Positions 14,229-28,645 of a stretch of 64,000 nucleotides of DNA are shown here, piece after piece (position 1 is the stretch's first letter; each line of letters opens with the position of its first letter). The notes beneath the pieces were generated by a model, which was not told the DNA's origin, made no database searches, and saw only the letters and a list, made by a program, of their open reading frames with translations. The translations under genes and the position numbers were made by a program. The DNA is from Octopus vulgaris (Eukaryota), in the NCBI GenBank assembly GCA_951406725.2, contig OX597822.1:23498001-23562000 (forward strand), in the 5' to 3' direction.

Positions 14229-14649
14229 TGTGTGTGTGTGTGTTAACGTAAATTCGCTTAGCGAGTTTGATTGTAATTGGCCGTAATAAGATCTGTGTTG
14301 CAATAATAGTCCGGGAAGATTCTCTACCTAGACATGTGTAAATACACGTTCTGCTTTGTGGTGTTAGTAGCGTCATTATGCCGGAGGATGCATGTGTTTC
14401 TGCCTCGTTCTGCTTCGTCAGTAAGTATAAAATAATAATTATGAAAACAGCAAAGAAATTGTCAGTTGATGTGCGAATGGCCTGGTCTTCCTGGACTGAA
14501 TAATTAATGACGTACAGCATTGCTTTAGATAAGATATAATCGTGTAGCGTATATGTTTAGTTGAAATTTATAGAAAAGCAACAGACGAAGACGGGTGTAT
14601 AAACAACAAGCAAGTGTATTAGTTTGACGCTCGGGAAAAATGAAAGGGT

Positions 14650-14685
14650 CTTTTACATTTCGAGCTTACGCTCTTCAACAGAAAG
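14650..14685 (-). ncRNA. Minimal hammerhead-like motif, family A
   Basis: CTTT-CTGTTGA-A-GAGC-gtaa-GCTC-GAAA-TG-TA-AAAG. Confidence 0.6.
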
Positions 14686-15628
14686 GAATAAGAGGAAATA
14701 AACAGAGAGAGAATGGAAAAAATGTGTCGAGTTCAGCGGTTCACCACGGCAGTGATAAGACCTAACGCTGCATGAATAGACCCGAGATCAAGTTCTCCAC
14801 CTCGACTCGTGTAAATACATATCTTACTTTGGGCTGTGGGTGACGCCATTAGATCGCACCAAAGTGCCAAAGAATAATATTGGTTTCAAATTTGGGCATA
14901 AAGTCAGTAATTTCGGGGTGAGGGGTTAAATAGATTACATCGACCCCAGTGTTGTTCAACTGATACTTATTCTATCGAGATTGGATAGACGAAAGGTAAA
15001 ATCAATCACGGCAGACTTTGAACTCAGAACGTAAAGACAGAGACGAAATGCCGCTTAGCAGTTTCCCGTCTGTGCTAACGATCCTGCCAGCTCGCCACCA
15101 AGGAGTAATTTAACATCGGGTGATGAATTACGTCAATCATCCTTGTGTGGTTACATGATTGCACGATCGCGGTCTAATGACTGAAACTAGTAAATATAAT
15201 AATATTTCCCATAACTATATACTGCACGTTATTTTGCCGAACTCTCTACCGATTTCGCCTATCTGGCAGATTAAAGCGGTTCTTTTAACATGATTCATTA
15301 ATAAATAAGCATTTTTTGCCTGATTGCCCAGCTTGAACTAATTTTTAGAAATAATTTAGATTCCAACAACATGGCGGTCTGTGAACAATTAATGTGGTTT
15401 ATAAACAAATATTGGATGACGTGTCACTTTAATTAAAGTTGAATAAATAAAACAATCTAATTAAGACACAAATTGTTGTCGTTCGTGCTCTTGTTGCTGT
15501 GGTTGTTGTTGTTGTTATTACTTTCGTTTGGCGTAATTTTTTTGTCACTCCACAGACATACTTTCTCTCTCCCTCTCGTCCACACACAATATAGATGAAT
15601 GTATGTATATATGTATGTATGTATGTTT

Positions 15629-15668
<40 letters not shown>

Positions 15669-15759
15669 ATATATATATATATATATATGTATATGTACAT
15701 GTATATATATATATATGCATATATATATACATATATACATATATACGTATATATGTATG

Positions 15760-15794
<35 letters not shown>

Positions 15795-15874
15795 ATATAT
15801 ATACATACATATATATATATACATATATATATATACATATATATATATACATATATATACATATATATATGTAC

Positions 15875-15924
<50 letters not shown>

Positions 15925-15928
15925 GTAC

Positions 15929-15999
<71 letters not shown>

Positions 16000-16687
16000 G
16001 GTGGAAGTCGAGTCGCAAAACAATTATTCATTCTAATTAAAACCATATCCCCTATAATATGTATTGAAGTCTCTTCTTTCATTCATCTAACATAAATCAG
16101 CGTACGTATACTTGTATGCGTGTGCAATATACATGCATATATGCACGCGCACACACACAAACACACACACAATGGACCTTTAATGGTCTATGCGCGCACA
16201 ATAAACCACGAATCAAAAGTAATTAAATTTATTCAAATACTAGAAATTATAGCTGTAAGAGAAATAAGAAATTAAACATTCTTTCTATGCTTTTGATGTA
16301 CAGAAAAAGATCTGGAGTCTCCTGATGGACCGTCTTAAAGTTTGTCGACCGATCCTCATAAACGACGTACCTGTTTCCCTTGGTTGATTTATAGCATTGT
16401 ATATTTAACCACAATATAAAGCAGCCCGAATTAAGGGTGTCCTCGTAGCGGGTAGTTTAACTTGCGTATTTGTGCGTTTAACGGTTTGTCTTTAATTAAA
16501 TATTATATCTTATGCACAACAGCGTGCAAGATCTCAACATTTTTTCATTCACATGAAAGGTATAATAGGAATGTGTTTACATTCTTATTTCTCTCACAAC
16601 TAGGCTTCATACATGTGGGTGAGTTGTGAATAAATTACAACAACCAATTTACCGGTTAGAGAACATTTTTTAAAAATTTCAAATTAA

Positions 16688-17193
16688 ATAATAAAGGTAG
16701 AAATTGATATTAATCGATTAAAACCAGTGGCTTAGCATATTGAAAAAATCCGAAGATTAAAAGTTGTGTTACATACAAAGTTAAGAGGAATGACCACTAA
16801 AGTGGACACCCTGTATGCTAAACATAGACGTCAAATCGTAATTACCACGAAGAATGTGTTCTCAAGAAAAAGTCTCAGCAAAATGCCAAAATGTAAAAAT
16901 AAAATGGCTGATATTAACAAGTGAAACCGTGGTTCGTAGGTAATCGTATAATATTTCGTATATTTTCATTTGTCTTGCTATTTTTACATTTTGGTTTTTG
17001 CTGAGATTTTTTCTTGAGAACACATTCTTCGTGGTAATGACCATTTGACGTCTATGTTTAGCATACAGGGTGTCCACTTTTAGTGGTCATTCCTCTTAAT
17101 TTTGTATGTAACACAATTTCTAATCTTCGGAATTTTTAAAAATATGCTAAGCCACTGGTTTTAATTGATTAATATCAATTTCTACCCTTATTA
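16688..17193. repeat. Large inverted repeat (about 210-bp arms, about 77-bp spacer), foldback/MITE-like
   Basis: 16688-16901 is the near reverse complement of 16979-17193 (e.g. GGACACCCTGTATGCTAAACATAGACGTCAAAT / ATTTGACGTCTATGTTTAGCATACAGGGTGTCC). Confidence 0.9.
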
Positions 17194-17204
17194 ATTAATT
17201 TTAT

Positions 17205-17263
<59 letters not shown>

Positions 17264-17296
17264 CACACATACATATATTACACACACACACACATA

Positions 17297-17338
<42 letters not shown>

Positions 17339-17354
17339 CACACACACACAAAAG

Positions 17355-17392
<38 letters not shown>

Positions 17393-17494
17393 CGTGTGTG
17401 TGTGTATGTAGGTGTGTATATATATATAGTGTTAGGTGTGGTATATATATATATATATATATATACACCCACACACACAATGTAAATATTGTAA

Positions 17495-17870
17495 ATATAA
17501 CAGTTTCGGCCTTAAGGTTATAGCTATGCTGGGGCACCACCACTGTAATTACCTTTTCAATGGCCAACCTTAAGTGATTGGCTTTTGGTGAAGGAGCGAG
17601 TTCGAAACTGCTGCCCTCTTTTGAGTCTCCTGCCTTGATATTGGTTCATCTGGGGCTTTGGACTGCAGAAGGTCGAGTTGTTTCTTGAAAACATCTACCC
17701 CTATTCCTTGAAGATCCCTCAGATATTTTGGTTAGGCGTTAAATAGCTGTGGGCCCTTGAATCCCAGGCTATTGCAATACATCATACTCACTCTAAATTG
17801 GATTGCCAAGACCTTTGGAACAGTGCACGGTCTGCTACAGTTCTCGATTCTGAAGTTTGGTGCTAGCCAA
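17495..17870 (-). mobile_element. CR1-group LINE 3' remnant
   Basis: [15 protein letters not shown]; tail GGTGCCCCAGCATAGC...GAAACTG. Confidence 0.7.
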
Positions 17871-17910
17871 ATATTTATACATATAAATAAATAAATATAT
17901 AAATAAATAA

Positions 17911-17995
<85 letters not shown>

Positions 17996-18947
17996 TATAC
18001 ATACGTACATACACATACATACATACATACATACACGCACACATGTTTATATGTATACATATAAATATATATACTCACATATAGATGTATTTATACATAT
18101 ACACACATATAAATATGTATGCTTGTATATATAGGTGTGTGCGAATGTGTGTATAATATATGAGTGTATATGTATATACAAAGAGGCATGAATGAAAAAA
18201 CCCAACCAATGTTTATTGCGCAGTGACAAACAAACCGGCAGACAGATCGACAGACAAACAGACAGGCAGATAGACAGCTAGAGAGATAGAGAGAGAGATA
18301 CATACATAGAGAGAAAGAAAGAGATAGAGATAGAGAAGAAAGTAAGTCGTAACTACAGTAGAGTCGACTAATTTAGCCATTTAATTAGTTGATAAGCTTA
18401 GTGTGGTAGAGGGAATTCCTTACAACTAATTTAGCGAGTAATTAATGTCTCTTATCATTGTAACTGTTAGCCAATTTGCGCCTGAATGCAAAACGGTTTT
18501 GATCCTCCAAAACTAGCCCGGCCGACATTATAATAATAATAAAGCTTAGCAATTTGGCTCCTGTTGCGCTCCCACCGCCTCCTCACCTCGTATCTTTATT
18601 CTTCTTTTGTTCGTCTGCCCGCCCGTCCGTCCGTCCGTCCGTCCGTCCGTTCTTCCATCCATCTTTGTATGCATGTGTGTGTTGGTGTGTTTGCGTGTGT
18701 GTGTAGGTGTGTGTATAAGTGTGTATGTGTTTGTTTGCTTGTGTGTGGCTGTGTATATGTATGCGTGTATGTGTGAGCATGGTCGTGTGTATGAGTGTAT
18801 TTGTGTGCATGTATATGTATGTGTGAATGTTTGTGTCTATGTATATGTAAGGATACGTATATTATATAACCACAAATGTGTGTGTGTGTGTGTATATATA
18901 TATGGATGCGTATATTATATAACCACAAATGTGTGTGCATATATATA

Positions 18948-18992
<45 letters not shown>

Positions 18993-18995
<3 letters not shown>

Positions 18996-20385
18996 CAGGC
19001 TGAGTAAAAAGTAAGCAACGTTTTGAAACATGAAATTCATCACACAACAATGCGGAAATTTTATTCAGCAAATTAAGTACCATTACGATCAACACATTTT
19101 TGCTAATGAGTTGCAAGTTTGTTTATTCAGGTTAACATGAAAATCTGGAGTTCTGTATCGGTTTGATTTTTGAACTCCTCTCGCAGGAAACCATCGAGTG
19201 CTTGAAAAAAATGGTAGATGGTAGGAGAAAGGTAGGAGAAAGGAGAATAAGCTGGGTGGGGAACAACTTCGTAGCCAAGTTCCCTCAACTTCTGGAGCGT
19301 CATTAGTGAAACGTGTGGTCATGCCTTGTCTTGAAGAGTGATTGGCTCTCTTCTGTTGACCAGTCTGAGACGGATGAGTAGCAGTTTTTCGTTCATTTTG
19401 CAGTAATAGTTTTTCCGGGTTTAAAGACGTTATGGTGGATGAGTCCAGAAGTACAATCACCATAACCTTTTTTTTGAAGAGCTCGGATTAGGGAACGTTT
19501 TTTGTGCTTCATTTTGGTCCAACTACTACGAAGAACGTTTTTTTATATTATTCTTTTCTACTCTAGGCACAAGGCCCGAAATTTTTGAGGAAGGGGCCAG
19601 TCGATTAGATCGTTCCCAGTACGCTACTGGTACTTAATTCATCGACATGGAAAGGATGAAAGGCAAGGTCAACCTCAGCGGAATTTGAACTCAGAACGTA
19701 AAGACAGACGAAATATCGCTAAGCATTTCGCCCGGCGTGCTAACGTTTCTGCCAGCTCGCAAGTTACAATACGGTCGAGAAATGGATAGGTCTGGTTACG
19801 GAGAAGAAGCGATGAGCAAATTTCACATCTTCGCATTTTCTGGTTTTCATTCAAATCGTGTGGTATCCATTTGTCGAGCTTTTTTGATTTTCCGATCTCA
19901 TGCAAACAGGTAGTTTTTTCTGGCTAACTTGAAGTTCTTTTGCCAGTTCTCGTAAAAACGTGAATCTTTCTCAATGACGGTCTTTAATTGATTGTAATCG
20001 ATGACAGATGGGCGTCCACTACGCTCACGATCTTCAAGGCTCAGGTCTCCACTACGAAATCGTTTAAACCATTTTTGAGCTGACCACTCACTGGTCATTT
20101 CCTTACCAAACATTTCGTTGATACCGCGAGCGGTGTCAGTTGCTTTAAGTCTTTTTTGAAGTTGAATAGCAAAATTGATCGAATATCGCGTTTTGACAGT
20201 TCCATTTCAGATGATTGTAACAACAGTGAAAAATAATATCAATGTTAATTTATTGATGTATTTGGGCAAGCCTGTGTCTGTATTATTAGACAATTGCAAA
20301 AACATGGTTAAAAAAGTTCAAAACTCTGCAGAAATCCGGTACAAATTCTTCATGATTTCAAAACGTTGCTTACTTTTTACTCAAC

Positions 20386-20391
<6 letters not shown>
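18993..20391 (-). mobile_element. Decayed mariner transposon with both TIRs in TA tracts; SINE inserted at about 19550-19760
   Basis: TIRs TATCAGGCTGAGTAAAAAGTAAGCAACGTTTTGAAA / TTTCAAAACGTTGCTTACTTTTTACTCAACCTGATA; transposase motifs KWFKRFRSGDLSLEDRERSGRP, KWIPHDL, FLDRIVTC. Confidence 0.9.
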
Positions 20392-20457
<66 letters not shown>

Positions 20458-20580
20458 CATACATAGATACATACATACATACAGACAGACAGACAGACAG
20501 ACAGACAGGGTGCCTCAGCATGGTCAAAGCCTTTGACTAAACCTGGAACCATGTGGTTGGGGAGCAAACTTCTTGTCTAT

Positions 20581-21256
20581 GCCAGACAGTCATCAGACAC
20601 TTATAACGTAACTTTGCAGTTTATTGCACTTCCGTAAATATTTACCTCTCATTGTTTGCGCCATGTCAGTTTGACGAATATATTTAAAATATCTACGCTT
20701 ATACTGTGAAATGCTAATATCCGTGTTTCGTTTTCTTTAAATTGAAATAGTCCTACACAGAAAGACACTCAGTGTCATGATATTTAAAAAAGAACAAGTT
20801 GGCAGACGGAGGAATAAACCGTCTCTGATAGGCTGTTGCTATAGAATTCAACGCACCAAGTTACCGGAAAACTCGACCGTATGCTGTAGATAATGCTAAA
20901 GGCTGCGTCAGAGGGCAAGGGTGTGGCATTAAAGCTGGGTAACAGACGAATGAAAGCTGCTAGTTAAGAGCACGTACAAAAACATATATAATTCAGTCAA
21001 CGTACTTTAGTTCCGTTACCCTCTTCTTAATTTCATTCGGAAGATAACCGTTTAAGTAGAGGCTAAAGAGGTACACTCTACGATACGAAACTCTCTCTCT
21101 AAGCTGGATGGCGTTCGCAGCCGTGTGATTACAAAGTGAATATCTTAAATCAAACGGACATGCCGGACGGCCAGCAGACACTTGTAGCGTAATCATGCAG
21201 TTTATTACACTTCCGTAAATATTCACCCCTCACTGTTTGCGCCATGTCAGTTTGAC
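20581..21256. repeat. Diverged about 95-bp direct repeat (20581-20675 and 21162-21256)
   Basis: Both copies contain CACTTCCGTAAATATT.AC...TCA.TGTTTGCGCCATGTCAGTTTGAC. Confidence 0.8.
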
Positions 21257-21708
21257 TTTTCTCTAAATCACTATGAACGTCGTGATAATGACAGACAAAG
21301 TGGCGTCTTTCTGGTGTGGTGACTGCGTCAACTTATAAGGACAGGAAAATATTATTAGTAATTGTCGCTTAATAGTGTTGCTGTTTTTTTTTCTTCTTCC
21401 TTTCCTTCGTCGCATATTTATTTCTAGTTAACTTTTTAATGTCTCCCTAACATTAAATATGTTAACACTAAACTTAGCTGGTGTGTTTTTCTTACGCGTG
21501 AAGTCACTGAAATATTTCTTATACAAACAAGTTTATATATATATACTTTTTCCAACTAATGTCATAATATTGTGTGTGTGTGTGTGTGTGTGTGGTTCTC
21601 TGTATACACACACACATACACAGAAATATACATATATATATATATATATAAACATTCACACACACATATACACACTCATATATATAGATATATAAAAATA
21701 AACAATAT

Positions 21709-21777
<69 letters not shown>

Positions 21778-22203
21778 GCATATATGGGTACAGGACGTCA
21801 CCAGCGGTGCAAATAACATGAAATACGTAAACAAACGAGTGACAAACGAAGGAAATACGAGAAACAACGAGAAAAAATGGAGAACACAGAGAAAGGATCC
21901 TTCATCAGTTGTCGGCTGACTATCTACTCCTCATTTCGAGCATTCCACGATAATATATATGTCTTCATAAACAGTTGCTTCCATTAATTCTAAAATAATA
22001 TTTAGGATTTATGGAGGCTTAAAGTTGGGAACAAAAAAGTGACAGTGGAGACATACAAGAAAACCAAACAAAAACAAACATGGAGGGTCGTTAGACCAAA
22101 GGAGAGGAAAATATATTATATATATATATATATTATTATTTAATTGAAGGCGACGCATCCATTTCCAAGTAAGTTTATATAGATATATACATATATATAT
22201 ACA

Positions 22204-22345
<142 letters not shown>

Positions 22346-23009
22346 AATATAGGGATGGTATTATTAAAATACCATCACGAATGGTAAGCGAATTTTCACT
22401 GATATTTTTTCCTATCATGTCTGTAACAGATTCGGTGGTACAGAAGTATTTTTTAACATCTATCTTTAGCGATAGAGGTATGCAAGTAGTGCCCTTGTGT
22501 ATATATCTACATATCTAATATTGTATGTATATATTTTATTAATTTATATATATATATATATATACTCACACACACACACACACATATACCCCCCATACGC
22601 ACACATGACTAAAGATCCTTTTGCCACTATTTCGTCTAATTTTATACTCTGTTGGTGAACTAAGAATATTATTCAACATATTATCAAAATTTCTAGCTTT
22701 GTCTCCCTTGCTGAGTGGAAATATAACAATAAAAATGAAATTATTTCTTGCTAGTATTTTTAATGCTTCTCTTTATTATATACGTTACGTATGTTCCACT
22801 AACGAGTAGCTTTTTTTTTTTTTTTCCAAGGGTGATGTGTCTTCGATCATTCATGGCTGAAACAGTTTCATTTTCTTCCATCATCAAATTTACAATCGTT
22901 GTAACAAGCTTTGAGGTCTACACACTTTATTTATAATGTTTGGGTCGACACCACACACACACTACACGCACGCACACACACATACACACACACAAACGCA
23001 TACATACAA

Positions 23010-23840
23010 ACATGTTGAGTGAAAAGTCTTGCAGCATTTTGGTAACTTATTTCCTGCATTCGTCAAGCACAACAAAAGCAGCTTAGCATAGAAAATAGAG
23101 GCCAACGTGTTGCACCATCTCAAGCCACCTTTCTGCCAGTTCTTTGATCCCATTCTAACACCAGTTCTTGTCCATCGAGGCGAAGAATTTCTTCACTGGA
23201 GCTTCTTTGTTGATAAAATGTCGCGAGCATAGTAAGTAAGCCATAAATCGGAATAAGTAATAATCCATGGGATATATTTTTCGCAACCTAACGTGCAGAA
23301 GCAGTGGTTAAGCAAGGACCATCTTCCAGAATTTGTTGCCAAACGTGGTCATTTCGAGGCGTTTCGAATACTGTGTGGTGTTCTACCTCTGGCGGAATTC
23401 TAAGGGGAGGAGTTCGCTCCGGACGGTCGAACCATCGATGCCATTATACTCCGAACAGCCCATGCGGATGTATGCTATCATGCGACAGGAATACCCGGTA
23501 TTGATTAACAGAAAGCGAATTCTTCTAGAGCAAGACAATGCAAGACCTCATACCCCTCGAACGACCCGGAAGAAACTCCAGGAACTTGATAGAATCGAAC
23601 TGATGCCCTCAGATTATTACTTGTTCCGATCCATGAGCTTACTTCCTGGTCACACGATGCCTCATCAACCAAGAGGAGGTGGAAACTTCAATTAAGGAGT
23701 TCTTCACCTCAAAGAGCAAGAATTGGTATTAGCATGGGATCAAAGAACTGACAGATAGGTGGCTTCTGTTGGTGCAACAAATTGCCTTCTACTCCGAACG
23801 CTCGACTGTTTTTGTTGTAACTTGACGAATGAAGCTTAAC
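23010..23840. mobile_element. Two mariner remnants in opposite orientation
   Basis: Plus 23300-23840: ILLEQDNARPHT, PSDYYLFRSM, GIKELTDRW. Minus 23010-23200: homologous 3' end GIKELAERWLEMVQH. Confidence 0.75.
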
Positions 23841-24382
23841 ACTATATACATTGCTAAAACGTACCGTAAACACACGTCCGTAAGCTCTTATCCATTACTG
23901 TTCCTTATGACGAATTTAAACATTCTGCCCCTGTCCACAAACAAATTGTGAAGAGAAAGCTGTAAATACTACACATCCCAATTCTGTTTGTAGTTTTATC
24001 AGCAACTGTGCAACTTCGTCAACAATCCACAAGCACACTGCTTATAAACCCACTGATATTAGTGATTAAAGTATACCGGAAAGTCCAATTTGCATATTTA
24101 GCACATTGCTGGCAGTAAGTTTAAACATAAAATTACTCATCTGTTTACAATATTTTCTTTCATTCTTATAGCATATGAACAGATTCTTAGTTAACATATC
24201 ATTTGCATACACTTAGTGTTTACAATCGTTGTAATATACAGTGTTGGCTAGGACATTATAGGACATTATAGGACATTATAGGACAAAGAAACAAAATGCT
24301 GCTATACGCAAATACTATGTTTATTATACATACATACATACATGCATATGTATATATATATATATATGCATATATTTTTATG

Positions 24383-24432
<50 letters not shown>

Positions 24433-24485
24433 CATACAAATATATACACATATATATATACATACATACATATATATATACACAT

Positions 24486-24522
<37 letters not shown>

Positions 24523-24905
24523 CATACACACACACACACATATTTCTTTGCTACCCACAAGGGGCTAAAAATAGAGGTGACAAACAAGGACACACAAAGG
24601 GATTAAGTCGATTACATCGACTCCAGTGTGAAACTGGTACTTTATTTGTCGACCCCGAAAAGATGAAAGGCAAAGTCGACCTCGGCGCAATTTGAACTCA
24701 GAACGTAACGGCAGACGAAATACCGCCAAGCATTACATCATAAGAGCGACAGGCAGAAACAAAGAAAACACATGTATTTGAACACTATACAAATATACTT
24801 TAAAAAAAAACTTTAAAAATTTTTCTATATTTAATTGTTTTCCATACTTTAAGTGTGCATGTGCGTGCGTGACTATGTATTCATATACGGATACACGTAT
24901 AATCA

Positions 24906-24947
<42 letters not shown>

Positions 24948-25310
24948 TAGTTTGAGCAAATATATGTTTATATACGAGAACATACACATCACTCACTTGC
25001 TTATATGGCTTTCCTGATATGCAGCAATGGCTGCCCGTCCACTTCACATTCGTTCATTTTATTTCACTCTCAACCATATCCGATCAGGCCTAGTTCTCGA
25101 CATATATATGGTCACACAAACATGTGTATGTGTTTGCGCGCGCGCGTATCTGTGTGTATGCATATGTATGCATGAATGTATTTATGTCTATCTCTCTGTC
25201 TGTATATATACATACATACATACATATATACATGCATATATATATAGATATATATACATACAGACAGGCATACATACATACATTTATACATATATGTGTA
25301 TGTATATATA

Positions 25311-25376
<66 letters not shown>

Positions 25377-25411
25377 CATATATACATACATACATACGTA
25401 CGTACATACAT

Positions 25412-25501
<90 letters not shown>

Positions 25502-25973
25502 GAATGAGCGTGCCTAAACAAATGCTCATATGGTGGCGTCAACGGTAAGATATGTTAAGTGGATGGGAAACGAGGGGAACTGGCAGTGTTAACATTATTT
25601 GCAAGAGATACGGATGGCGAAGAGAACAGAAATATCATCCACTCGCCAACACAATTCGTGTGTGATCTTGGCTTAATGCACTGCGTCACTGAGAAACGGT
25701 GTGAAATGTAATGGCTGAAGGTGTATTGCACGTAGGGGGGGTGCGGGGGAGGATAAAATGGCTTGATGTGATGATGTGACTGTCATGTGATGAATCTAAC
25801 GTTTATATGTCTTCCACAAGCCAAGGAAGAGAGAGAGAGAGAAGAAAAGGAATGGAAGGGAGGAAGGAAGGGAAGGAAGAAATACGAGGACCAAATATGA
25901 AGGGAAAGGGGAGTGCATCAGAAATTTGCAACAGCATTCCAAATCCCGATTATTACGCCACCTAACGTAAGAC

Positions 25974-26004
<31 letters not shown>

Positions 26005-26016
26005 AATGATAATAAT

Positions 26017-26567
26017 ATTGGAAGCTATGCCAACATTATGGAATAACAACAGAAAAAAGATGGTATAGGCACACACCAGAAAAGGTCACAGAAAACGAGA
26101 AAGCAACCATACTCTGGGATATGCCGATACACACAGATAGAGAAATTAAGGCCAACAGACCAGATATAGTTGTCAGAGATCATGAAGAAAACAATGCTTT
26201 CTAATTGATGCATCAATACCGGCAGATGACAACGTGTCTCTAAAAGAAATGGAGAAACTCTCAAAATACAAAAACCTGGAAATAGAGGTAACTAGAATGT
26301 GGAATCTGAAAACAGAAACAATTCCTATCATAGTAGGTGCATTAGGCATGATAAAAAAATATTCAGACAAATACATAACAAAAACACCAGGACTTACAAA
26401 CACATATAACATACAGAAAATTGCACTACTAGGCACTGCACACATCCTACGCAGAACACTTTCCATACAATAACCATCAGAGCATCACAACAAATCACAG
26501 CACATACCCAAGGCACACAGAGCTGCGCTCGGTAGTGAAGTGAAAGCACACTATAAAAATAAAACTA

Positions 26568-26571
<4 letters not shown>
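26017..26571 (+). mobile_element. 5'-truncated R4/Dong-clade retrotransposon (second family; RLE domain and 3' UTR) between (TAA)n tracts
   Basis: WKLCQHY...ILWDMPIHTDREIKANRPDIVVRD...KLSKYKNLEIEVTRMWNLKTETIPIIVGALG...TAHILRRTLS; TAA repeats on both sides. Confidence 0.9.
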
Positions 26572-26652
<81 letters not shown>

Positions 26653-26710
26653 GAGATGTACTTGCATAGCGAGTGACTTGATCTGAGATCGTGTGCTGGA
26701 ACGAAATCAC

Positions 26711-26956
26711 TTGCAGCGTGGAAGGTGTTTATAAGCCATTTAAAAACACACACAAAAACCGTTAGATTCACTTCAATATTTAAATTTAATTTGTCACAAT
26801 ATTTTCGTCGCTTTGGGACCGCGACCTTTGTCAGTGAACAGGTCGCAGTCTCAAAGCGACGAAAAATATTGTGACAAATTAAATGTAAATGTTCAAGTGA
26901 ATCTGACGGTTTTTGTGTGTTTTTTAAATGGCTTACAAACACCTTCCACGCTGCAA
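26711..26956. repeat. Near-perfect inverted repeat (about 117-bp arms) with central hammerhead-like motif (26827-26878, +)
   Basis: TTTGTCA-GTGAACA-g-GTCGC-agtctcaaa-GCGAC-GAAA-aatat-TG-TGACAAA. Confidence 0.8.
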
Positions 26957-26965
26957 TAATAATAA

Positions 26966-27690
26966 TGATTTCTTTTATTTGCCACCAGGGCGAACGATGA
27001 GGGTGACGACACAAAGACAAGCATAAAGTGTGGGGGTTTACATATAATGGAATGATTAAAAAAAGGTTAAAGTATACACGGTATACATTAAAGGAAGGAA
27101 AGAATACATAGTATACAGTAGTGAGAAGAAGAAAGAAGAAAAAGTTATAGTGGTGGGGTCCTCCTGATACAGGAAGACCTCTAGGGATAATCGAGGAACC
27201 CCACAATCCCAAATCACCCTGAATATCAAGGTCAAGTGCCCTTTCCAACTTCTTTCCTCCGAATGTCTCTGTTCTCATTCCTTTCAGTCTAGTACGCCAT
27301 AAAGCCTCTTTCATCACTAAGCAAAGGAAAACTCCCTTGCCAGCTCGATTAAAGGAGGGCGGCGGATCTATCATCACTATGGACTCGAACGACAGACGGA
27401 TCCGTCCCACAGACGACAGCAGCTGTTCGATATAATTCTACAAGTCAGCAATGCCTGGACACTGAACGAGTGCATGTAGAACGGTTTCGTCGCTCTGCGA
27501 GCACCTCGAATAAGCCCATCTGATAACACATCCGTGCCTGTAGAGTTTATCTCGAACCGGTAGCGCTCCCGGTAACACCGCCAAGCCAAAGACATCAGTT
27601 CGAAAAGAATGCACCTCAATTGTTCCAACTTCCGCAGCAATGGCGCGAGAACCAGCACGTACAGAAGAGGTGACAGCGGGAAGCCCTGAC
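26966..27690 (-). mobile_element. 5'-truncated Tx1/L1-clade LINE
   Basis: ALPVRDKLYRHG...CSQSDETVLHALVQCPGIADL; minus strand ends AATAAAAGAAATC then (ATT)n. Confidence 0.75.
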
Positions 27691-27918
27691 GGACCTTTTG
27701 AACGGGATGGGTTACTCAACCAGAAGGAAGTTCTAACTGGGCCCAACCAGCAAGTTTATGCGCTGTTTATCTTGATATGAGATCATCATGTCGCGCACAT
27801 ATGGTTGTGATGCATGTGCCTAGTGTACCCTTATCAGACAGGTAGTCATGATGGGTATACTGGGCTTTGTATATTTTACCCCAGTGTCACTTTGATGGCA
27901 TGCACTGCTCTCTCACTC

Positions 27919-27919
<1 letters not shown>
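27691..27919 (+). mobile_element. 3' part of a non-coding TAA-associated element (family B)
   Basis: Closely matches 38155-38379; ends CTCTC.CACTCAA followed by (TAA)n. Confidence 0.7.
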
Positions 27920-27981
<62 letters not shown>

Positions 27982-28029
27982 AATGAAGATGACGATGATC
28001 TTGATGATGATCATGATAACGAGAACAAC

Positions 28030-28645
28030 AATAAGGGTTGTGGAAGAGAAAGGGTGTACCCGTGGTATGTTGGTGTACTTGCTACAATATCCAATGTGCT
28101 ACCGAATAATAACAGGCGTGGCCGTGTATGTAAAAGTGTGCGTCTGGATGTTTGTTGAGTGTGTGGATTTAAAGCTACGAGAAAGCGGTATAAACAGGAG
28201 CCAGAGGCGGTTTTAGAGAACAAAAATTGTAGGATTTCATGCCATAAAGACTGACCATATCATTGAAAGAAGAAAACTAGATTTGATTATATAGGAGAAA
28301 AAAACAAACAGTGTAAAAATAGTAGACTTTTGTGATATCTTATGATAACTGAGTGGATACCAAAGAAATTTAAAAGAATTGCGGAATATCAGGACCTAAC
28401 CAGAAAGCTAAAGAGACCGTAAAAAACTAAATCAACAATTATTCTAGTGTTAAATGTTGCTCTTGGCACAACACCCAAACTGTTATCCAAGAGTCTAAAC
28501 GATATTGGAACTGAGACTTGCATCGTCAACTTGTAGAAAAGTACATCGTGTATTCAACAAGAATCTTAAGAAAGGTTCTTGAGATTCGAAACTTGTTGTT
28601 ACCTTATCTCAAGATAACATTCCTGCTTATTAAATTAGCATGTAA
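28030..28645 (+). pseudogene. Old decayed Dong-like RLE fragment (third family)
   Basis: Degenerate DFMP.KTDH.IE.RKLDL, VDTKEI, EYQDL, STRILRKVLE; similar to 45300-45712. Confidence 0.65.
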
